20,407 nucleotides of DNA from Eledone cirrhosa. Lineage: Eukaryota. The stretch's first letter is position 1, and every line of letters starts with the position of its first letter. The stretch is from the NCBI GenBank assembly GCA_964016885.1, contig CAXHJY010000064.1:1-20407 (forward strand), written 5' to 3'. Position numbers and translations under genes: made by a program. The notes beneath the pieces were generated by a model. It did no database searches. It saw nothing but the letters and a program-made list of their open reading frames with translations, and was not told where the DNA came from. Positions 11,208 to 20,407 of this stretch are shown in pieces.

Positions 11208-11653
11208 ATAAATAAATAGATAAATAAATATATAAATACATACACGAGCATAATAACAACAAACACATATAAACACACACTAGTAAAGATAGAATACATT
11301 AACCAATACACAGTCACCCAATCACGAACACACATCAAACAAAACCGTTGGTCAGTCAATGGCAACATTGAGGACCGAATAAATTAGATTACCGATATAA
11401 AAGACACAGAAGCTAAAAGCGAAATCCAACCAAACAGTGAGTGTGTTCTGTTATTAATTCTGGCAATATTACACAAATATGACCCTCCCCAAGTATAACA
11501 ATATATATATATATATATATATAGTATACTAGGGAGAGGATCAGGGGTGTATAACACTCCACTTATCCAGCAGGCAGTATAAGGTTAGCTCGATGTCTGA
11601 GGACAGAGCCGTGATATAATAAATAACAAAGAACGCCTATAGCATATGCATAT

Positions 11654-11711
11654 CTTTACTTGCTAACATTGTTTCATCCGCACTATAAGTGGAACTCATC
11701 AGAGCATAAAG
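11654..11711 (-). ncRNA. Minimal type I hammerhead ribozyme (left arm)
   Basis: Minus strand: cttta-tgct-CUGAUGA-gttccac-ttata-gtgcggat-GAAA-c-aat-g-UU-agca-ag-taaag. Confidence 0.8.
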
Positions 11712-12520
11712 GTTAATTACATACCGCACAAGCAATAACAAATCCAAGACATTGAAGAATGAAAAATAATAAAAGATAAAGGATATTAAGGAAGTAAAAG
11801 TAAAAATAAAAATAAAAATAAAAATAAAAATAAAAATAAAAATAAAAATAATAAAATAAACAATGAAAAATAAAAAATAATTGAAAATAATTCAATTTTA
11901 TTTTACTACATCTCATCGTATGTATTTATTTTGAATGTATTATCCGTGGTGGTGGGTCTTGCCTAATGTGGTATTTCTGTGTTTAATATCAGCTTTGACC
12001 CGGGTGTCCTACGCTGTGTGTGTGTGCGTGTGTGTCTGTGTATACATTTATATGTGTATGGGTGTAGGTGGTTGTATATGTCTGTATATAAAAAAATATA
12101 TATATATGTATACCGTCTCTGCATATGCATGTGGTGTGTATATGTGTATATACGTGCTGAACATATTGGTGTGTATAATCTTGTGATGTCCCAATGCGGT
12201 GACTTCATGATATTGGCTCTTGAAGCTATTTTTTATATATCTTTTGTTTTTTATATATCTTTTGTATGCGCTCCAACTGTGTCTGCTTGCTTTGGCTAAC
12301 CCGCCTGCACTTGCTTGCTTTCGGCCCAATTGTCTGCCTCTTGCTACTGCACGTGAATTCTCCTACCTTCCTTCGATGTACCTCTGTTTGACCATTGGAC
12401 TCCTGCCCGGGTGTGAACCGGTTTGTGATTACCTCACCGCTCAACTGTGTGAATGCACACCCGTGAATTTCGAGTGAACTTTTGAGACTGCCCAACCTGG
12501 GACGCCTCCATTGCCTCGCA

Positions 12521-12682
12521 ATGGTCAAGTGATACTGATAACTGTGACACTTAGTGCCTTCGTGGGCCCCTGATATATTCAAGAAATATATTCTAAAAAA
12601 ATGGTCAAGTTATACTGATAACTGTGACACTTAGTGCCTTCGTGGGCCCCTGATATATTCAAGAAATATATTCTAAAAAAAT
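12521..12682. repeat. 80 bp tandem duplication
   Basis: 12521-12600 and 12601-12680 are identical except for one base (g/t at unit position 11). Confidence 0.95.
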
Positions 12683-12699
12683 ATATATCTTATCTCAAT

Positions 12700-13130
12700 T
12701 TACTTTATTTTATTTTATTTTATTTCATTTCATTTTATTTAATTTTATTTATTTATTTATTTAATTTCATTTATTTATTTACTTATTTATTTATTTATTT
12801 ATTTAATTTTAATTTTATTTATTTATTTAATTTTATTTATTTATTTATTTAATTATATTTAATTATATCTTATATTATATTATTTTATTTTAGTCTATTT
12901 TATTTTATTTTAGTTTACCTTATTTTATCTTATTTTATGATTATATTATATTATGTTCTATTTTATATAATTTTAATTTTAATTTTATATTATTTTATTT
13001 CATTCCTTACCCTGTATCACTATTATCTGTATATTTTATATTTTATATGTATGTTTTTTATATTTTCTTATATATATTATAAGTCTATTTTTTACCTATT
13101 TTTCACCTATTTTTTACCTACTCTTACCTA
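12700..13130. repeat. T-rich low-complexity (TTTA/TTTTA)n tract inside the fold-back element
   Basis: Directly visible. Confidence 0.85.
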
Positions 13131-13397
13131 ATCCTATCTATCTTATCTACTCTTGTCTGTTCTCTTATCCATGTGTATGCTTGTATGTAACTATATGTTG
13201 ACTGCACCCCGCCCAACTGTGACTGATAGCACCCCTTATTTTTCAATTATTTTTTATTTTTCATTGTTTATTTTATTATTTTTATTTTTATTTTTATTTT
13301 TATTTTTATTTTTACTTCCTTAATATCCTTTATCTTTTATTATTTTTCATTCTTCAATGTCTTGAATTTGTTATTGCTTGTGCGGTATGTAATTAAC

Positions 13398-13455
13398 CTT
13401 TATGCTCTGATGAGTCCCACTTATAGTGCGGATGAAACAATGTTAGCAAGTAAAG
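13398..13455 (+). ncRNA. Minimal type I hammerhead ribozyme (right arm)
   Basis: cttta-tgct-CTGATGA(13407-13413)-gtcccac-ttata-gtgcggat-GAAA(13434-13437)-c-aat-g-TT-agca-ag-taaag. Bulged stem I, GUU triplet. Confidence 0.82.
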
Positions 13456-13487
13456 ATATGCATATGCTATAGGCGTTCTTTGTTATT

Positions 13488-13489
<2 letters not shown>

Positions 13490-13577
<88 letters not shown>

Positions 13578-13580
13578 GTG

Positions 13581-13628
<48 letters not shown>

Positions 13629-13785
13629 AGCGCGTGTGTGTGTATGTGTACAAATACCTGTAAGCATGTATGTGTTTTTGCATTCATATATGCTTGTATG
13701 TGTGTATGTATGTATACATATATACATATGTGTAGATGTGTATATGTGTGGGTGTGTGCTGATATGAATATGTGTGTGTGTGTGT
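13490..13785. repeat. Compound (TA)n/(TG)n microsatellite
   Basis: Directly visible. Confidence 0.9.
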
Positions 13786-15692
13786 CGTTTAGCTTTTGTA
13801 GATGTGGGTATGACATCTTAAAAGTGATTAAAAGCTGCTGGATTTAGGAGAAAGGTTTTTGTATAATGTAACGATAGAAATTAATTCAACGATATAACAG
13901 CGAAGGAAGCTGCAGTTATCTTTAGTGATAATGAGAAAAAGACGAGGGAATATGTTTAAAAACTTAAAAACTAAAAAAAAAATTCCATAAAAGAAATGAA
14001 ATTAGCTATGTAAGATAAGGAAGGGACAAGGATAATGTTGATAAAAGAAACTGTAAAATAATTAAATGGATATAAAAATTGTAATGTATAAGAAGAAAAA
14101 ATTCAAACAAAAGAAATCTTACAACAGCGCAATACAAATCATTTGAAATATAGGTCGATGGAATGTTCAGTGATAAGAAGCAAGCTGTTTCAACTTAAAC
14201 ATCGATTCGTTTACCGATATTGATTAACGATAGGTTAACACCTTTCTAAACACCGTTATTGAATCAATGATAATTAATCTCGTGTTTAGTATTTTCCGTA
14301 AACTGCGACGTACATGTCAACCTGGCATACAAGTCAGGACACTTAGCTCAATATTCTCTTTTATCGTCACTAGACATTGGTTGATTTCATTTATGGTTAT
14401 CTCTGGAATGTTCTACATGATGACTATGATGTTTGCATAACGTATATTATACCAAAACACGCTTGTGCCTCTATAAAATAGTAAATTGTACCTAGTGATA
14501 GCTGTCCTACGAGATTATTTTTTATTATTACTTTATTTCACCGGTAAATAATTTTAAAATGTCCACCGAACTCATTTTTTAATTTGAAATATGTGTGATA
14601 ACTTACAAAAATAACAGTAAGTTATGCATGGCAGTTGTTAGGAGCTCTACTCCAGTTCTAAACTCGGCCGTAAAGATTAAGTTTTCATTGTCGCTTTATA
14701 TTGCCGACCGTGGTTTTGAAGAAATTTGTCATGCTTAGATATCGACTAGAACGATGCAAATTACAGTTAATCATATAAGCGCAAAGTCCAAAGAACAAGA
14801 GTATAATTTAAGTCTTCGTCATTTTCAAATGCGTACTAAATTGATTTCCGTTATGGTATTAAATATTGTATAAAGATCACATATCAGATATACTTCCAAA
14901 CACATTCAGAACGCAATTTGATTTTCGGTCGATTGAAATTTTTAACTAGTATGTCACACAGGAGTGATTATTTTAGTGTCGCAGCTATGGTGCCGTCGGT
15001 GTTGAATGTTTCCTAATGTTTACTCAGCCCCACCACTTCCCGGCTCTATCCACCTACACGTTTTGACGTCACACTTTGTAGCCAGACCACTTGAGTTTGC
15101 GCCACCATATCATTGTATCCGAAGCTAAGCAGCTTCTTTTGTGACCTGACCACGATATGACATATAAAAGCATCGACCATATTTGCTGCCACCTCATTTT
15201 CTACAGAGTCTCCCTCGACTGCTATTATGTGTATGTATGGTTGTATTTGTAGAAATGTATATACATTCTTGTATATCCTCTTATGGTCGTCAGTTCAAGC
15301 CCACACGCTCACTCACGAATTCTCACTCTCACAGTAGCAAGCCTGTCACGTTTCAAACCCCATCTTTCCAATTTTCGAACACACACGCGCACTCACACAC
15401 ACCTTGATCGTGAGATACCTCTTGACCGGCAAATCTCTAAAATGGTTGACTGAATAAACACATGTGTTTTTTTCCTCATTCTACCATTTTTCTACATCCC
15501 TTCCACTCCTTACTCTTTGTCTTTATATTTTATCTTCTTTTTCTAAATCTATCACCCGATGTATGACTCGTGTCCGAATCTTTAACACTCTTTTCTTGTT
15601 ATTTCAAGTGTTACTAAAATATTTTTTCAATATACTGTGTTTGCGTTCTTATTTCTGTTCACATTTTACACGCACACACTCACGTATCTCAC

Positions 15693-15775
<83 letters not shown>

Positions 15776-15803
15776 ATCAAAAGATGGTTAAATGAGTTCC
15801 ATG

Positions 15804-15872
15804 TATTTTATTATGCGCATTTCAAAAACAAATATCATCATGCAATAACATTTGTTTTCATCAGATAAAATA
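15804..15872 (-). ncRNA. Type I hammerhead ribozyme with palindromic stem III
   Basis: Minus strand: tattttat-CUGAUGA-aaacaaatgttatt-gcat-gatgatatttgttttt-GAAA-t-gcgc-a-UA-ataaaata. Perfect 8 bp stem I and ATGCGCAT palindrome. Confidence 0.85.
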
Positions 15873-16242
15873 GGACATGATATGAAGGTTAAAAAACACT
15901 TGTGGATAGTGCAGTTTTAAATCAACATATGAAAAGTAGTTTTAGATTGATGTGTGATATTGGGGAAAAAAAAAAAAAAATGTTGAGGGGGGTGGTGGGG
16001 GGGAAGGATGAAAAAGAGGAGGATATGAGAGTAAAAAGTGGAGGGGGAGGAGTATAGTGAGGAAGGATGAGATAGGAGGAGAGATGGGTGATAGAGAGAG
16101 AGAGAAATAGCTTTTATAACTGAGAAAAATATATTGTTTTACATAGAGAGGTTAAAAAAACCGTTGGAAGATAATGTATAAATTAAAAGAAATTGAAAAT
16201 TAACGAAGAGAAAAATAATGTAAAGTTAAGGTTTGTATATTG

Positions 16243-16410
16243 AAGGGTTTAATAATATGTGCGATGAAAAGAAATTGTTAATATGTATTAAGAATAATAT
16301 TTAAGGGTTTAATAATATGTGCGATGGAAAGAAAATGTTAATATGTATTAAGAATAATATTTAAGGGTTTAATAATATGTACGATGGAAAGAAAATGTTG
16401 ATATGTATTA
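16243..16410. repeat. 60 bp tandem repeat, ~2.8 copies, within the PLE 3' UTR
   Basis: aagggtttaataatatgtgcgatg(a/g)aaagaaa(t/a)tgttaatatgtattaagaataatattt repeats with period 60. Confidence 0.95.
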
Positions 16411-16788
16411 TTAAAAAAACAGAAGTAATGTAAGTAAGGATATATTGTGAGATGAGCATGAATAAGTTAGATGAAAAGGAGAAAAAAATAATGAATAGAG
16501 GATGAATAATCTAACGTCAAAAAATGTTTATGTTTACGAAGGATTTTTTCAAGGTGATATGAAGTAAGAATATGGTGTATTGTGTAATAATTGTTTCTAT
16601 GTTATGCACAATGAGAAAAGGTACAGATAAGGGGTTAGAAATTAGGAGTGATGTAGAATATAATAAATATAATAAATAACTTTGAAACAAGGTAGAAAGA
16701 TGGGTATATTTTTAAAGAAGTATATATATATATATATATATATATGTGCCTTTGAGAAAAGGATTCTGAATTGATAAAGTTTATCATA

Positions 16789-17758
16789 TTAGCTGTATAC
16801 TTTATGGAAAGTTCTGTGGAATTTATGCAAGCAGATAGAAAACAAGTCAGTGTGTCTATTTATTATAGAATCTAAATGAGAAATAATGGTAAATTTTTCA
16901 TTTAGACAGAGATTGCAAGTCTTGGATAGAGAACTGTTCAAGTATGCAGAAGCAGAGGAAACCTTTTTCCAAGAGATGTTATATTTAATATTTTTGTCTT
17001 TCAAGGACCATATGAGTTCTGAGAGAGCCGTGTTGGTTCTTTTAAGTTTATATTTAAAAGACGAATGATGATTATAAAGACGAGCTTTAAAGGAGGCGGA
17101 AGTGGAGCCAAAATAGGTGAAGGAATTGGTGTCAGTTATAACTTTACATTCGTAAATTAAGTTTTTATCAAGACAATGGTTGTTGAAAGGACATTTATTT
17201 TTAGCAGGGCAATTGCAATTGCGATTAGAGAGATTATTAACGAGTGACCTAGTGTTATCTATAGAAGGAATTGGATTGGAGAAGTTATTGGCGATAGGAA
17301 TAATAGTTTCTTGATTTAGAATGGGATTAAGAACATTTAGCGAAGTTGTGTTTGACGTTGTATTTGGGTTTGCAGAAATTAGCCTAGAGTTTATAATTAC
17401 GTCGGGAGTACTATTACTATTACTATTATTATGATATTCAGTGTTGGAAGGAAGAGATTTAGTATTTAGTATTTTATTGTTGTGTTTAGAGATAATGTTG
17501 GAAATGTTGGAGGATGTCGAATAGGAAAATTTTATAGTGTGTTTGTTGAATATTTTACTATAGATATGAGGGAGGGAAGCATTTATTTAAGGCACTAAAG
17601 AATAATTTAGGAATATTATTATTAATAGAGATGGAGAAAGGAGCATTATACCAGATTATGTTTTTGTATCTAGGTCTTTTATTAAAGTTATTGGAATGAT
17701 CATGATTAATTATTCTACTGTAAGATCTTCTAGAATTTGTTTCTTTATTATATTTGAT
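16789..17758 (-). pseudogene. PLE ORF C-terminus (RT thumb/linker and GIY-YIG endonuclease) with one frameshift near 17565
   Basis: Manual translation: RYKNIIWYNAPFS..FFSALNKCFPP / HIYSKIFNKHTIKFSYSTSSNISNIISKHNNKIL-(long N/S-rich linker)-CNCPAKNKCPFNNHCLDKNLIYECKV..TYFGST..FKARLYNH..TALSELIW..CNLCLNEK..INRHTDLFSICLH. The ORF track shows only the last 71 aa. Confidence 0.88.
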
Positions 17759-17843
17759 TTTATCAATCTAAAACTACTTTTTATATCTTGATTTAAAACT
17801 GCACTATCCACAAGTGTTTTTTAACCTTCATATCATGTCCTCC

Positions 17844-17914
17844 TATTTTATCTGATGAAAACACAAATGTTATTGCATGATGATATTTGTTTTTGAAATG
17901 CTCATAATAAAATA
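17844..17914 (+). ncRNA. Hammerhead ribozyme in the inverted arm
   Basis: tattttat-CTGATGA-aaacacaaatgttatt-gcat-gatgatatttgttttt-GAAA-t-gctc-a-TA-ataaaata. The loop III palindrome is broken by one substitution. Confidence 0.8.
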
Positions 17915-18037
17915 CATGGAACTCATTTAACCATCTTTTGATCGTATATATTATGTATACTCCAGTCCTACAAACTGTAGAGTGCTTCTTATCCGATATC
18001 TGCATTGCTTTATTGTACTACAATAAAACTCACCTCC

Positions 18038-18164
<127 letters not shown>

Positions 18165-19099
18165 GTAGGTTTGAGCGAGAATCAACGTGGGCGTATGTGT
18201 TGCGTACTTCACAGAGAAAATGGAAGCGGGTGTAGATGTGCAAATGAGTCATAGTTCATTTTATTTAATGTTCTCGTATTGTAATATGCTTAAATTATTG
18301 TAACATTTAATTTTGCTCTCATAACTACATGTGGTTGTGATAAATTTAATTAGTTGTTAAAGATAACATATGTAGCAATATTGCCTTTGGCGACTGGTTG
18401 ATTACAACATTATTTAAATTAAGGTAATTTTATTTTATTTTATTTTATTTTCAGCTTCGATATAATCTACGCAAATAACTTTTCCTTCACTAAAAGTTGA
18501 AGAAAGGTCAGTGATACAAAACAAGTAAAAAACAAAACAAACAAAAAATAACCTTTAAAGAAATAAATATTATTTTCTAGAGATTTTACTAATTCGCGAA
18601 GGAAACAAATCCTGGAGTGATCATGGCGGAATAGCATCCTGAAAGCTGTGTTTATTAAATTAGTTTAATCTAATATAATCCATATTATGTGATGGTAATT
18701 TTCGTCGAAAATCTCTCAGCTTTGACTAAATTGATCATCTTAAAATATGTATGCGACCCAGGTGATTAATATTTTCCAAAATTATTTAAAGTATTCTCCT
18801 GAGGTGAAAATGAAGAACAAACGAAACAAAATAGAAACAACAACAACAACATAAAGAATAGAAATTAAACAAAATATAATAATAAATAAAATGAAAATTA
18901 ATCAAACAAAATGGTGGAGTCCATATTTGAAAAATGCAAATTTAACTCAGATAAAAACTCCATTCTCTTTTCAAATTAATATAACCCCTGGTTTTATACA
19001 ATCTATCCAAAAAGTAAATGCACATGCAATGTTAAATTATCGCTGTCACGGTAGCCATAACTACTACTATTATTAAGAGGAATATAACATAATTTAAGA

Positions 19100-19200
19100 A
19101 CCTTAGTGCAGATCATCGAGCTAAACGCATTTCAAGTATCAGTCTCATGCACATTCCGAGTTCAATTCAGGCTAGGGTATATTTCGCATTTCATCCCATC
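19100..19200 (+). mobile_element. Old SINE head fragment
   Basis: B-box-like gagttcaattc followed by tttcgcatttcatccc, which resembles the core ctttgcctttcatcc. Confidence 0.45.
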
Positions 19201-19219
19201 ATTTTTAGCAATAATTATA

Positions 19220-19470
19220 TAGGCAAAGATCTCTTCCGGTCACAATTTGCACAAGTCCGAGCAAGGTTGTTTATGGAAGACTAGAAGTTGCCCATGCATA
19301 CCAATTTCCCCTCTCCGTGCCACCATTGAAGTCGCAACTCATTTCTATAGCTGAGTGAACTGGAACAACGTGAAATAAAGTGTCTTGCTCAAGAACTCAA
19401 CACAAATCCCGAACTCACAACCTCGCGATTTCAAGCCCAACGCTCTAACTTTTAAGCCATGCGCCTTCAC
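19220..19470 (-). mobile_element. tRNA-derived SINE of a second family (Meta/V-domain-like core)
   Basis: Minus strand: gtgaaggcgcatggcttaaaagttagagcgttgg (A-box region), gtgagttcg (B-box remnant), then cttgagcaagacactttatttcacgttgttccagttcactcagct. Confidence 0.75.
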
Positions 19471-20299
19471 TTTATATTTATAAATGGCGTCATTTATTAC
19501 TACATCGATTTCATTTACTATAACTTTCTTGTAGCTGCTTAAAGTAAGTCAGAACATACAGCAAACACTGACAATAAACAAATTGTTTCGAAAGATTTCG
19601 TGATGATTCTCTACGTTAGTCTTATTGAAATAACCGTTACATCTGGACAATATATTACTGTTGTAGAATAAATAGCAGAAATATATCGTGCTATCGAGGC
19701 ATTTAATTGGCAGAAATGTTTGAGCGTCTGTCAAATGCCCATGCGGTCATTTTTTCCGACTTCTTTATTCTTGTCGTTTACTCCATACAAATCCCCAAAT
19801 ATATTTAAATGAATTTTGATTAAATCTAAAACAATGTTTTCTGCTTAAAGCTCTGACAACGACTACTACTCAAATGTTGTTATTTAAGCCCCTCTTATTC
19901 ATGACCTAGCTAACATGAATCAAAACTATTCAGGTTTTCGTCATTTCTGCAACTGTTTTCATAGTCTATCAACGACTTATCAAATGTGTCCTTAGTTTTT
20001 TTTTTTCTTTTGAGAGTCGGTGGAGATGCTGTTGTTATTTCTAATATATATATATATAGGACTGGTTTAAGCAGGAGCTATATCGTTTTTCAACAGAAAA
20101 AAAAATGAGAATTAAAAAATCTGAAACATATCATGTTGCTTAATCATAAACTATATAGAAGTCTTCAACTGTAAATGACTAAATGAAATCCTTGTCTAAA
20201 GATTTATTTGCGTTTTGTAAGCTCACTTCAACGAATTCTCATGTTTCCAGTCACTGACATTCAGAATACGCTCGTATAATTATTTTTGTTGTTGCTACT

Positions 20300-20407
20300 G
20301 TCTTCTTCTTCTTCTTCTTCTTCTTCTTCTTCTTCTTCTTCTTCTTCTTCTTCTTCTTCTTCTTCTTCTTCTTCTTCTTCTTCTTCTTCTTCTTCTCTTC
20401 TTCTTCT
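20300..20407. repeat. (CTT)n microsatellite running to the window end
   Basis: Directly visible. Confidence 0.97.

Larger units (their letters stand above)
9805..11504 (-). mobile_element. 5'-truncated Penelope-like element (Neptune-like) with inverted duplication of its 3' part
   Basis: GIY-YIG ORF on the minus strand. 10928-11504 is the reverse complement of 9849-10637 except that ~10010-10222 is missing. Flanked by (TA)n on both sides. Confidence 0.88.
11524..13495. mobile_element. ORF-less fold-back element with an HHR in each inverted arm (11614-11890 / 13236-13495)
   Basis: Arms are near-identical reverse complements, differing mainly in TAAAAA unit number. The left arm has ~90 extra bp (11524-11613). 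Flanked by (TA)n. The interior has no recognisable protein motif. Confidence 0.8.

Noticed and set aside
10928-11368. Hydrophobic N-terminal 147 aa of the 335 aa ORF, and the 199 aa ORF at 10095-10694, resembling membrane proteins or a fusion
   Set aside because: They are antisense readings of the PLE endonuclease and 3' UTR, created by the inverted duplication.
11597-11620. CTGAGGA motif as a further hammerhead
   Set aside because: No stem II followed by GAAA and no stem I partner.
12521-16410. 80 bp and 60 bp repeats as CRISPR-like arrays
   Set aside because: They are head-to-tail tandem copies without spacers in a eukaryotic context.
15775-17758. Selenocysteine recoding or SECIS, as reported for some Naiad elements
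   Set aside because: No in-frame TGA in the translated portion and no SECIS that I can identify.
18425-18512. Possible exon (pyrimidine tract plus cag at 18454, aag/gtcagt donor near 18507)
   Set aside because: The 52 nt interval has stops in all three frames. A non-coding exon cannot be excluded but is unsupported.

Overview
AT-rich, microsatellite-dense eukaryotic non-genic DNA. The SINE families resemble those I recall from octopus/coleoid cephalopods, which is an inference. No host gene is supportable, and nearly all ORF-track entries are translations of (TA)n/(CA)n/(CT)n repeats. Real coding remnants are a 5'-truncated RTE-like LINE reverse transcriptase (3714-4685, +) and two 5'-truncated Penelope-like elements (PLEs) with GIY-YIG endonuclease domains: Neptune-like (10361-10927, -) and Naiad-like (16789-17758, -). 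The main signal is a set of unrelated fold-back (inverted-arm) insertions sitting in or next to (TA)n tracts. Together with two short solo islands they carry eight hammerhead ribozyme (HHR) folds from about six sequence families. These include a type I HHR with a compensatory U3-A8 core (UUGAGAA) and a 2 kb ORF-less element with an HHR in each inverted arm. Each fold-back insertion has one short and one extended terminus. Several tRNA-derived SINEs and tandem repeats complete the window.
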